Assembly (NCBI GenBank): GCA_030390025.1 | Contig: CM059432.1 | Location: forward strand, 21,020,001 to 21,084,000 | Direction: 5' to 3' | Length of the DNA: 64,000 nt | From: Squalus acanthias | Taxonomy: Eukaryota | Part shown: positions 1 to 12,450 of the stretch, piece by piece | Layout of the letters: each line of letters begins with the position of its first letter | Position numbering within the stretch: the first letter of the stretch is position 1 | Notes under the pieces: model-generated | Databases searched by the model: none | What the model saw: the letters and a program-made list of their open reading frames with translations, nothing else | Told to the model about the DNA's origin: nothing | Program-made: the position numbers and the translations under genes

Positions 1-975
1 TTAATATTGTGGGATTGTATTTATAGTAGCAGTGTTATTTAAGGTTAATGAGAATTTTGTTCCTCTCTCACCTCACTTAAACGGGATATCATCACCAGCC
101 CTTGCTCAAGTGGCCATTTCTGATGTTTGAACTGAGATAGTTAATATCAGTGGGCTATTCAATCATAGGGGGCATGGTGACTGACCCTGACCCAGTTCTC
201 TCACAACAATCACGTACACACATTTTTATGCAGGGATCATGGAGTAACCATCAAGGTGGGAATCCTAGCTGCATTTTTTTTCTCCTTCCCTTGGGGAGCA
301 AGGACAACTATGGCACCCTAACTTCTGCCCTGACAGATATAACTCAACACAAAACTGTGTCGGTGGACCAGGGACATATTGCTACTGTATGGCTAAGCAT
401 CACACCACAAAGTATATTTACCCACTAAGCCATTGGACTTTAATGACATAAATATTTTTAGCTAAAGTGGGTTTTTTCCACCCATTTTTCTTTCCTGACT
501 ATAAATCTTCCTTTGCCACATATTATTCAATTGACAGAAAAGCCAAGGGGAGTTTAACTGTCCCCAGGTTTCTATAGATGCTGACGTTAGTTGGCTATGA
601 TAGGGTGTATGAGGTGTGCCTCTGGTGTTGACCTCTTACTGGCCATTGCTTAGCATGCCCCCAAAGGTATGGCTGAGATTTGGAACTTACGATGTGAGGA
701 ATCTGTGGATGTGAATCTTTATCTTATGTCGTAATACATCTAACAAGCTCTTCACTTGTAGCCTTCGGAATGCTTGCTGCTAGATGTGCCTCTGGCTCTC
801 CATTCCTGGCCTGTCTGACTGTGGGATGTTGACTTAGCTGAATTCAAAGTTGTTATTTTCTTGCTCTTAAGCAAAAGAAAGCAAAGCAATGTTGTTCGGG
901 GGCAGGTTTATCCCAGCATCCAAGTGCCTATTCTCCATGTGTGAGCCTAAGTATTGAATGAATGACAGCTGGGAG

Positions 976-2840
976 GGACAGAAAAAGCTTTTATAAATAT
1001 GTGAAGAGAAAAAGATTGGTGAAGTCAAGCGTAGGTCCCTTGCAGTCAGAATCAGGGGAATTTATAATGGGGAACAAAGAAATGGCAGACCAATTAAATA
1101 CATACTTTGGCTCTGTCTTCACAAAGGAGAACACAAATAACCTCCCAGAGATGTCGGGGAACATAGGGTCTAATGAGAGGGAGGAACTGAATGAAATCAG
1201 TATTTGTAGGGAAATGGTGTTAGGGAAATTGATGGCATTAAAGGCCGATACATCCCCAGGGCCTGATAATCTACATCATGGGTACTTAAGGAAGTGGCCC
1301 TAGAAATAGTAGATGCATTGCTGGTCATCTTCCAAAATTCTATAGACTCTGGAACAGTTCCCATGGATTGGAGGGTAGCTAATGTTACCCCACTGTTCAA
1401 AAAAGGTGGTAAAGAAAAAACGGGGAATTATAGACCGGTAAACCTGACATCGGTTGTGGGGAAAAGGCTAGAGTCCATTATAAAAGATGTAATAGCAGAG
1501 CACTTGGAAAACAGTGACAGGATTGGACAAAGTCAACATGGATTTACAAAAGGTAAATCGTGCTTGACTAATCTACTGGAATTTTTTGAGGATGTAACTG
1601 ATAGAATAGATAAGGGAGAACCAGTGGATGTGGTGTATTTGGACTTTCAGAAGGCTTTTGATAAGGTCCCGCATAAGAGATTAGCGTGAAAAGTTAAGGC
1701 ACATGGGATTGGGGGGCAAGGTACTGACTTGGATAGAGAACTGGTTGGCAGACAGGAAGCAAAGAGTTGGAATAAATGGGTCTTTTTCCAAGTGGCAGGC
1801 AGTGACTAGTGGGGTTCCGCAGGGATCGGTCCTAGGACCCCAGCTATTCACTATATATATTAATGATCTAGACGAGGGAACTAGATGTAATATCTTCAAG
1901 TTTGCAGATGACACAAAGCTGGGTGGGCGTGTGTGCTGCGAGGAGGATGCCGAGAAACTCCAGTATGATTTGGACAGGTTGGGTGATTGGGCAGAAGCAT
2001 GGCAGATGCAGTATAATGTGGATAAATGCGAGGTTATCCACTTTGGTGGCAAAAACAGAAAGACAGATTATTATCTGAACAGCAATAGATTGGGAGAAGG
2101 GGAAGTGCAACGAGACCTGGGTGTCCTTGTGCACCAGTCGCTGAAGGTAAGCATGCAGGTGCAGCAGGCGGTTAAGAAGGCAAATGGTATGTTGGCCTTC
2201 GTAGCGAGAGGGTTTGAGTACAGGAACAAGGATGTCTTGCTGCAGCTGTACAGGGCCTTGGTGAGACCACACCTTGAGTATTGTGTGCAGTTTAGGTCGC
2301 CTTATCTGAGGAAGGATGTTCTTGCCATGGAGGGTGTGCAGCGAAGATTCACCAGACTGATACCTGGGATGGCAGGAATGACGTACGAGGAGAGATTGGG
2401 TCGATTGGGCTTATACTCGCTGGAGTTTAGAAGAATGAGAGGAGATCTCATTGAAACTTATAAAATTCTAACAGGGCTAGACAGACTGGATGCAGGAAGG
2501 ATGTTCCCAATGGCGGGGGAGTCCAGAACAAGAGGTCACAGTCTAAAGATAAGGGGTAAGCCATTTAGGACAGAGATGAGGAGGAATTTCTTCACCCAGA
2601 GAGTGGTGAACCTGTGGAATTCTCTACCACAGAAGGCAGTTGAGGCCAAGTCAGTAAATATATTCAAGAAGGAGTTAGATATATTTCTTAAGGCTAAAGG
2701 TATCAAGGGATATGGGGAGAAGGCAGGGACAGGGTACTGAGTTTGGATGATCAGCCATGATCTCATCGAATGGCGGAGCAGGCTCGAGGGGCCGAATGGC
2801 CTACTCCTGCTCCTATCTTCTATGTTTCTATGTTTCTATG
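976..2840 (+). mobile_element. CR1 LINE, 5'-truncated, relatively young (ORF2 RT and 3' tail)
   Basis: ORFs 962/1294/1703 give CR1 RT motifs (GNYRPVNLTS, YLDFQKAFDKVPH, GVPQGSVLGP, KFADDTK) broken by frameshifts and a stop; TTTCTATG-type tandem tail at about 2818-2840. It interrupts an older SINE. Confidence 0.95.
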
Positions 2841-4593
2841 AAAAAGTTGAGCTTAAACCTGATCCTCTCTCTACACATACATATCCTCCAGCTCTAACTG
2901 TAGGGGGGCAGTTGCAACAATCTCATTACTGCTCTGGCTGAGATCAGCCAGCTTTTACACTCCAAAAATTGTATGGGGAGCCCTGAAACATTTTGACAAC
3001 ATGATATGGCATTATATAAATCCAAATAGTCTTTCCAAGAATCAAAATGCACCCACCCTGTTTAGTAGGATTCAGCCACATAGTGCTTTTACCCATTGGG
3101 CTATTTGTACAGCACCGATCCACTTCTTATTTTGTAATACTCATTGAATGAGCTGAACCGTATTAAAATTTGAATTTGCTACTGAAATGCTTCTGCAATA
3201 AAGAGTTAAATAGGCTGCATGCTGTAGCTGCAGTGATATTGGTATAGAGGTAGTATTATTGCGATTCTCCCACCAACAATCTGTCAAATATAAAAGTCTA
3301 GTTAAAAATCAAATCTAAAAAAGATTTGCACTCTGCCACCCCACCGGCACTACCATTTTGCATGTGGGTGTGCTGATCCGAGTGCAGTTGTACATTCCCA
3401 CCCACTAGCAGTCTGACTCAGCTTCTCACGCAGCATGTAGTAAAGTGACAGATAAGAGATCCGTTACTGAGGCTGACCTGGGGAGAGTAGAGGAGGTGTG
3501 ATCTGTTGGATCGTTGGGATAAAATGAAATCAATGAGTATACATAAACAGTAGGATTTACAAAACAAATTAGAAAGGGTACATAAGCGCCTTTCATGCAC
3601 CACTTTAATGGCGCATCATTACCTTGGACATAAGTGGTGAATGTTGATAGAGGCACTATGAAAAATACCCCAGTTGGCCAAAGAATCACCTACTCTTCAA
3701 GGTTAAACCAAGAGAAATTATTTAAAATCCGATCCCCGTTTCTGGTCCACCGCCAGCACCAACAGTAGCCCCCATATAAGTCACACGTCAAACACCAGAT
3801 GCACACTCCACTCCTCACCTTTCGGCCCCTCCTTATGGTAACTGTCATAGACCTGTAGACATAAGCGAAACCCACCAGACAATGGCACAGTGAGTGACCA
3901 CATCAGCACACTCGCAACACTTTCACTCCCTGAAACAGTTCTCCAAGGTTGTCCACGGCCCTAGTCACTAAGTAAAGCTCACTTACTACCACAATGCACC
4001 ACATATATTATATTAAGTACTTTGTAACGGTGTGTGCTATAGAAATCAAATCTTGTGACCAAAGAACAATTGCAATAAAGACAGTGGGCAGTGACTCATT
4101 TGGTGATGCACCAATGCCATCATGTTATCTATTGTGTCTGCTACTAAAATATTTTAACTTTACAAAACGTTTGTTCCAAAATTGAGAAATCATTGCAAAA
4201 ATCGAATGGTAGTAATACCGTTCTAACATCTATATGGCAGCTTCGAGGTAAAGTTGTCAGACAAGATTGTTTTGACAACTGAACCTACATCAACACCTTG
4301 ACAATGCCGCTTTAAGGTGTTGGTCTTCTGTGCTTTTTATTCATTTGCAAGTCTGACCTTGGCTCACCAATACTGTCCGTAACACAACATATCTACCATC
4401 ATTTTATCTGTTACTGTGTGGGGATAAATCTTTGGGATTTTTTTTTTACGGCTTTTGCTCTATGGTTGCCAGTTTTCATCCATATGGTATGTTTTTTTTA
4501 ATGGACGATCCAGAAATTTCAACGGTGTGAACCAGGCATTGTCTTATGGCATGAAGCTGTCACTCATTAAGACTAATAAGGTTTCAATGAACA

Positions 4594-5108
4594 GTTCTGG
4601 TCACCACATTACAGGAAAGATGTGATTGCACTAGAGAGGGTACAGAGGCGATTTACGAGGATGTTGCCAGGACTGGAGAATTTTAGCTATGAGGAAAGAT
4701 TGGATAGGCTGGGGTTGTTTTCTTTGGAACAGAGGAGGTGGAGGGGAGACCTAAGTGAGGTGTATAAAATTGTGAAGGGCCCAGATAGAGTGGATAGGAA
4801 GGACCTATTTCCCTTAGCAGGGAGGTCAATAACCAGGGGACATAGATTTAAAGTAATTGGTAGAAGGATTAGAGGAGAGTTGAGAAGAACTTTTTTCACC
4901 CAGAGGGTGGTGGGGGTCTGGAACTCACTGCCTGAAAGGGTGGTAGAGGCAGAAACCCTCAACACATTTAAAAAGTACTTGGATATGCACTTGAAGTGCT
5001 GTAACCTACAGGGCTACGGACCAAGAGCTGGAAAGTGGGATGAGGCTGGATAGCTCTTTTTTGGCTGAATGGCCTCCTTCTGTGCCATAAATCTCTATGA
5101 TTCTATGA
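4594..5108 (+). mobile_element. CR1 LINE 3' fragment
   Basis: LERVQRRFTRMLPGL...FFTQRVVGVWNSLP; tail ctatgattctatga. Confidence 0.92.
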
Positions 5109-6879
5109 CTTATCAGTAACAAGGAAAACCTCAGAACTCAAGCTATAATCGCTCTCCCCTACCCTCCCTTTCACTGCGCTAAACCTGTCCAGTTTTGGAC
5201 AGCAATAGGTGGGAGCCTTGTTAAGCATACATGTTTAGGTATTAATGAAGCTGAAGGTTGATGCTGTAAATAAATCCTTCAAAGACCGCTGAGGACACAT
5301 GCACACTAGGCTACCATGGAACATGGGTTCAGATACTCCCTGCAAGATTTGCAAGAATCAGACACATTTCCCTAACCACAACTCAAAACACATGCACGTA
5401 TGTGTACACGATTGTTTGAGACTGAATGCGTATCTTCCCCACTATACAAATTTTGAAAACAAAAAGTTTATAAAATTTAATTTTTTCAAAAACCTATCTT
5501 TATTGTTATGGCTTCAGGCATATTGAACATGATAATTGTATCTGGCACAGAGGAACAATGTGTCCCACTGAATATTCACACAGCTATTTCAGGAGAGACA
5601 GGTGCCATTAAACCCAAAATTTGTTCTCACAGGAACAATTTGGATCTGAGAAACTGCAGCAATTTTAATTTGAATTCATTGATGAACATCCCTAAAGTGC
5701 AATGTGACATTTTTAAATTTTCAGTTTTGCGCTGTTACTGTCGTTTAAGACTTAAAATAATGTGTTAAGTTAATTATTTATATAAAGAAATCATGTATAC
5801 TCGATAAAGTTAAGCTTGAAAGCCTCTTTGCCATGGGTTGTTGCCAAATCTGTCACCAGCTCTTTGACTCATCACTTTAATGATGGCATACTTGCTTTTT
5901 TCCAGTGCATTTTCTCCCCCCACCCTCCCCTCTCCTTTCATTGCTTCCTTTTCTGTGTAGCTCCCAAACCCTTGGAACACTGTTTCAGTGTGTGCATTTC
6001 TGCTTTAAGTCTGTGCTATTGGGATTGGAGCTGTAGTTCTCTTGTTTTGGAAGCAGGTTTGGTGTGCACTTTTTTTTTGTTTGTTTGTTGCATTGGTGAC
6101 TGTACAATACTTAAATTATTTGGCATGTTTACAGATGAGCATTCTTTAGGCAATGCAAATTGCCATTTGATGCTGCGAAGAGCTGTTTATTTAATAATCG
6201 CCAAAAGGACAGATATCTTAGTATTGCCCGGACAACCTGTGGGGGCCAAAGTAAACCGAAAGCCCGGCTCTCAGGTAGCGAGCCGCTGCTATTTTTGTTG
6301 GGTTATTTTCTGTTGGTATGAATCGTCTACCCTTTTTGATATTATTATTTGGCATGCCTTTTAATGTTTTGGTACCGTTTCTTTTGGAGAGAGCTGTCCT
6401 CCCGATATCATTATATTATTATAGACAATTAGTGCAATTTTTATTCCGAAAACATCCGAACCTGTTATTAAGAGAGATTTGCAGGACCGGAATTGTTTGC
6501 AATTTCCGTACATATATTGCCTTATAATGTTACTTTTTTGAAAAAATCTTTCCTGTGCAGAATGTGGGGAATTTAGTGTTGACTTGCAATTTGCTCCGGG
6601 AAGGGGGTTATTGTTGTTGGTATGTGTGTGTGTGTGTGAGGGGGGGTGGTGGTGTGGAGAGGAATTGCCGTACAAGTAGTTGCAAGCATTCCGTACGTGG
6701 CAGAAAACTTCTTTTATTATTAAATGTTTCTGGTGCATTGCAAAGCTGATGCATCGCCCTGTTTTTTGTTTTTGTTTTGGTTGCATTTTATCGGATTGGT
6801 TGCATTTATATATTTTTTGCTCTCCATTTAGATATGTGTGTTTTTTTTTTCCCCCCCCCTCTCTCTTGGGAATTGTCAG

Positions 6880-7006
6880 CTTTGCCGTACAGGGGGTCTG
6901 GTCGAGCCGCGGCTGCAAGACGTTCCCCATTGACTCGGCGCGTACAAAATGCCAGTGTGACCGACTCTCCAGGTTCGCCATTTTGGCTCAGCTCTCTTCA
7001 GATTCG
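6880..7006 (+). CDS. ADGRB1: Adhesion GPCR B1 (BAI1) coding exon, GAIN/GPS motif
   Basis: Translates [42 protein letters not shown], matching the BAI-family GPS (W..GC...C.CDRLS.FAILAQ). Pyrimidine tract and AG at 6878-6879, donor GTAAGT at 7007 (phase 0). A second possible acceptor would start the exon at 6893. Confidence 0.93.
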
Positions 7007-8769
7007 GTAAGTCCTTTTTATATATATATTTTTTTGGGGGGGGAGGAAATGTTGCATTAGTCTCTGGGAAAAAAATATATAAAACATGCAGGTAAATTCA
7101 TTGCAACTCAATGCAACAAAGCAAGGGACATGCTAGCTGTGATTGGAGGCTGACATTTCATTTTTTTTTATATATGTGTATGACTGCTGCATCTATTAAG
7201 AAGCTAGAATTTACCATGGCTCCTGGCATTGGAATGAATTGCAATCAGAATTTATTAAAACGTTCTATCCAGATGCTTTCACGTGATATTAGGCTGAATT
7301 GTTATTTTCTGTGGTCACTGTCTTCAAATATATATAGGAGTAAAATGGTTAAACACACACAAATATTGGCAAATGCAAATCTGTTTTATGCATAAAGTAA
7401 ATATGTTCGAATGGTGGGTGATATCAGTGCACACCTTCCAGAATATTAAATTTCTTATGTGACTATAAATGTATTACACATGTCATCCAGAGCATTTCTA
7501 AACTAGGTATAAACTGATTGTCAAAATTAAATTCTTATTTGGTTGCACAATATTCTCATCAGAATGTTCTTTAATGTTATTGTGAGTATTAATACTTCAT
7601 GTGATTTGGTGCGTTGTATACACAAATCAATTGCTTATTTATAATCAATGCAAATGGACTTGATAGTAAATATAATTGATATTTATTCAATAAGTCAGTG
7701 TTGATCTAGAAAAAAAGTCATTTGACACCAGGATGGTAAACAGTGACACAGTTATAAGATAAACGTCTTCTAAATGTTGGACCATATGTGTGTGTTTCTC
7801 TTTCTACCGAATTTAAATGAACAGCTAACAAAACAATTGTGAGTTTGGGCATCACATGTGTCAAGCACAAGCTCATTCTTTCTTCAAGTGCTATACATTA
7901 TAATAGCGCACAGGGAAGTGAAACTTTTGTGGTCAGCTGTACATGTTAAATGTAGACAAATGATTCTCAATTACATCAACTCTGACGCCAATATAAAGAA
8001 AAAGTGTAAAACTATTTAAATTCTCTTTGGCTGTCTATTGCTAATGGCATTGGCCATTTATGTGAATGGATGTGTCATGCACGAAGAATAAGATGGATGC
8101 TGGTCATGATGTCAGATAGATGCTGCTTAAATAGCATCTAAAATATAAGTTAAATGCACTATAATGTTTCAGAATATTGCCTTGAATTATTATTTATTAT
8201 ATAAATTTATTATTTATTGGTGAGGGATCATGAGATACTGCAGCAAAGGAATATTGTTTTGGTTTTATAAACAAGTGATTGTCACACTTTATATAATTAT
8301 TAATGTTAGCTATTAATGCTTCTGATACTAACTAGACTTAAATGGTGTTGCATTTAGATACATTTTAATTAATGATTCTTGTGTAATTGAGTCTCCAGTT
8401 TATCAATGTTTGCTTATGTATGTTTGTATCTGTATTTTTCTGTGACCTACAGCAATGACAGTTATCCTAATAGTTGTCATATGGTGACTTGTATATTGAA
8501 AAATGGCAATTTTTTTATGCACGTGATACCAAAATGTAATTAATATATATGTAATTATATATATCTATATAGAAACAAATAGACATTTTAAATGAATAGA
8601 AAAGAATGAGTATTGGACCGGAACAAGGCATTTTCTTATGTGGAATCTGCCAGTTGGTATATGCTAATGTGAATGTGGAATATTGTGACTCTAGCGTCAA
8701 GCAGACAAATTAGTTTGTGCATTCAGAAGACAGATTTTTTGTGTATGAGAAATGAGTAATAGTATAAAT

Positions 8770-8960
8770 AAGGACAGGAAATGCAAAGCAGGTCAGGCAG
8801 CATCTGAAAGAGAAAGATGAATTATAATTTTAGGTACGACCTGAAGTTCTGTTGAAGGCTCAGACCTGAAATGCTAACCCATGTCTTCCACTTCAGATGC
8901 TGATCAACCTGCTGTATATTTCCAGTTTTTTCAGCTCTTGCTTAAGACTTCCAGCCTTTG
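8770..8960. mobile_element. Inverted (palindromic) pair of Penelope-like ends, old
   Basis: agcaggtcaggcagcatctgaa...ttcagatgctgatcaacctgct arms are related to 46500-46600 in both orientations. Confidence 0.65.
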
Positions 8961-9907
8961 AGGGTTTTCCTTTTTATCTCTACCAGTATAATAGGCAGTA
9001 TTGGCAGTTCATTTTCATAGCAAACGTGTGTTTGACTCTATTAATTATTGCTTGCCTAAGTGGCCTATAACTCTGTGGAACAAATTATGATTACAATCAG
9101 CTTGGCTTTTTGCAAAGTTATTGATTGTGAGAGGAAAATGATTCCGTCAAAGGAACAACATTACTTCACTGCCATTGTTGGTACTAATCAGTTTTTGATA
9201 CCAATGATCTTTTGGTACATTAAAAATATATAGGCAGTAAGGGTCCTGAGTAAAATGTCTCAATCCAGCTCCCAGTGAGCATGGGCCAACAGCACAAAAC
9301 TGCTCCTAATTTGACATAATTGACAATGTCACTCAGAGAGGCCACAGGAGATAGAAGTATCACATTAGTACAATAGGGATGAATTTCTGAAGTTATGGGG
9401 ATAGGGCGGGAAAGTGGAGTTGATGTAGAAGTTCAGCCATGATCTTATTGAATGGCGGAGCAGGCTCGAGGGGCCGCTTGGCCTACTCATGCTCCTATTT
9501 CTTATGTTATTATGTTCTTAAGGCTGAGGCCCATTATTGGGGTAGAGCAGAAGGAATTTTACTTTGTAACTAACTGCTACACGGACCTCTGAATGCTTGA
9601 TGTTTAAAGTGAGAGGGTGCTTCATTCCCTATACTAATATCCCTCAACTTGTTTCCACAAAATCTACAAAATAAACTATGTATATATTTGTCTCCCCAGG
9701 CATTTCATAGGCTGCCCCATGAGACAGACATGATCAAAATCATGGTTGAGTTTGTTGTCAGGGTTACACAGTAGGGGGTTAGGACAGAAATGTACTGAAC
9801 ACCAAAAACAAATCCAGTATTTTTCATTATTTAAAAAAATATATTCTTTAGCGGACCTGGCAAAATAGATCACTTGCAGTTACTGCTTGGTATTCTTCAT
9901 AGTATTC

Positions 9908-10363
9908 TGTCACCATGTCTCAGTTGGTAGTCCTCTCCGTTCTAGACCCAAAGATTGCTGGTTTGAGTGCCACAGCAGGACTTGAGTGCATGATTTAAGT
10001 TGACAATCTAGTGCAGTGCTGATGGAGTGTTACCAGGTGGAAGACAGAGTCTTTTGGATGAGATGTTAAGTGGAGGTTTTAACCTGTTCAAGGGAGCATT
10101 GAAGATCTCATTCTTTGAAGAAGAGCAGGGAGTTCTCTTGGTGCCCTGACTAACATTTCTCCCTACTTCAATAACAGCAAGAAAACAGAATAACTGATGT
10201 TTGTCTCACTGTTGTTTTGGTGAAATTGCTGGTGCAGAATAGGTGCTGCCTTTGCCTACATTACAACAGTGACTACACTTCATAAGTACCTCATTGGCTA
10301 TGAAGTGCTTTGGGAGGTCTTGAGGTCATAAAAGGTGCTATATAAATGCAAGTTCTTTCTTTC
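9908..10363 (+). mobile_element. DeuSINE (SacSINE1-like), decayed
   Basis: Collinear with 51728-52162. Confidence 0.8.
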
Positions 10364-10604
10364 TATAACAGCAGTCATTCCATTCTGAAAGTGATTCATA
10401 GTGTGAAGTGCTTTGAGATGTTTCAATGGTATGGTAAGGATCTTGATGAGTGCTAGTATTTTGTTTTGTACATATTTAAAATCAATGTAGGGCTGTAGGT
10501 TCTCGTGTCAGACCTATCATCTTGGACCTAAGGTGGACAGGACGCTGCAACTGTGCATTCTTTCGAACTGCATGACACAGTTTCCCCAATAGTAGTAAGC
10601 ATAA

Positions 10605-11037
10605 AACTTGCATTTATATTGTGCCGTTCGTGTTTTCAGCATATCCAAAAGTGTTTAATGGCCAATTAATTATTTTTGACGTGTAGTCTGAACAACGTGC
10701 AGATGTTATGTATGCACACATGGCAGCCAAGTTGCATGCAGGAAGGTCCCACAAACACCAAATGAGATAAATGATTAGTTAATTCTGTTTTGGTGTTTTT
10801 GGTTGATGGATAAGTATTGGCCAGGACACTGGTAGTACTCCCTGCTCTTCTTCAAATAGTACCATGAGATCTTTTTTGTCCACCTGACCAGGCAGACTCT
10901 GTTTTACATTTCATCCAGATGGCAGCACCTCTGATGGTGCAGCACTCCCTTGGTACTGCATTGACGTGTCATCCTAGATTAGATACTCAAGTGCGGTTTG
11001 ACTCAGAGGTGAGAGTGCTACCACTAAGCCAAGCTGA
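10605..11037 (-). mobile_element. DeuSINE (SacSINE1-like), decayed
   Basis: Reverse complement collinear with 51728-52162. Confidence 0.8.
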
Positions 11038-11634
11038 GACTGTAGGTGTCATCCATACACAAATGCGTTGGGCTCATTACTACTTTTGACCCTACACAAA
11101 ATTAGGAATTTGGTGGACCAATGGTGAAGAAAAATAAAGAAGAAGTTATTTATTTTGATTTGCACTATCCGGAGTTTGAAGGACAAGACACCTCTGCTGC
11201 TTGGTGAAACTATTGGGAAAGAATGCTGGATCTATGTGGGAGGTGGACTCCTTCCCCGTCTCAGCCAGGTTTTGCTCTCTAGGGTTAATCTGGCAAATAG
11301 GCAAACCAGCAAACTTTTTTGTTCAAAGAATTCCGAGTGGTGACATCAGTCAATCTTGAGAAGTTAGATCCCTTAGCTGAAATTCCAGCATTTTAGTGTT
11401 GAGGATACCAGCTTTTTAAAAAGTAAAATAATAAATAAATAATGAAAATACAATATTCATATTTTCCAGTAATAAAATACATAGACGCACAGCCAGCATG
11501 CTACAGACATCAAATTGGCTTGGTGCCAAGACTGAATGTGTTCTTGCTACTTATATTTAAAAAAATATTTTGATATGGTATGTTACAGATGAATATTTCA
11601 GGACTGGCCATATGAGTCCCAGGTATTATTTGGG

Positions 11635-12450
11635 AAATGCAATAAACAGTGAGGAGGATAGTAACAGACTTCAGGAGAATATAGACAGAATGGTGAAATG
11701 GGCAGACACATGGCAAATGCAATTTAACGCAGAGAAGTATGAAGTGCTGCATTTTGGTAGGTAGAATAAGGAGAGGCAATATAACCTAAATGGTACAATT
11801 TTAAAGGGGGTACAGGAACAGAGAGACCTGGGGGGTTTACAAATCTTTGAAGGTGGCAGGACAAGTTGAGAAAGCTGTTATAAAAGCAAACGGGATCCTT
11901 TTAAGTACAAAAGCAATGAAGTTATGCTAAAGCTTTATAAATCGCTGGTTAGGCACCACACTTTAGGAAGGAGGCCTTGGAGAGGGTGCAGAAGAGATTT
12001 ACGAGAATGGTACCAGGGATGCAGGACTTCAGTTACACGGAGAAACTAGAGAAGCTGGGTTTGTTCTCCTTGGAGCAGAGAAGGTTAATGGGAGATTTAA
12101 TAGCGGTGTTCCAAATCATGAGCAGATAAGGAGAAACTGTTTCCAGTGGCAGAAGGGTCGGTAACCAAAGCACGCAGATTAGGGTAATTGGTAAAAGAAC
12201 CAGAGGTGAGATGACGATAACTTTTTTACACAGCAGGTTGTTATGATCTGAAATGCACTGCCTGAAAGAAGTGGTGGAAGCAGATTCAGTAACAACTTTC
12301 GAAAGTGAATTGGATAAATACTTGAAGGGGGAAACGTTGCAGGGCTGTGGGGAATAGGCAGGTGAGTGGGACTAATTGGATAGCTCTTTCAAAGAACCAG
12401 CACAGGCATGATGGGCTGAATGGCCTCCTTCTGTGCTCTATGATTGTATG
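11635..12450 (+). mobile_element. CR1 LINE 3' fragment, decayed
   Basis: WADTWQMQFNAEKYEVLHFG and a CR1 3' UTR ending ctatgattgtatga. Confidence 0.9.

Noticed and set aside
962..2740. Retron, DGR or group II intron reverse transcriptase
   Set aside because: Motifs and 3' tail are those of CR1 LINE ORF2, and multiple truncated copies occur in the window.
3420..3990. Possible coding or viral remnant (compositionally distinct stretch with short minus-strand ORFs)
   Set aside because: No recognisable motif in the frames examined; it would need a translated database search.
5816..6981. Hydrophobic ORFs 5816-6364 and 6361-6981 as genes
   Set aside because: Low-complexity T- or A-rich intronic sequence with no recognisable domain; only 6880-7006 is supported as coding.
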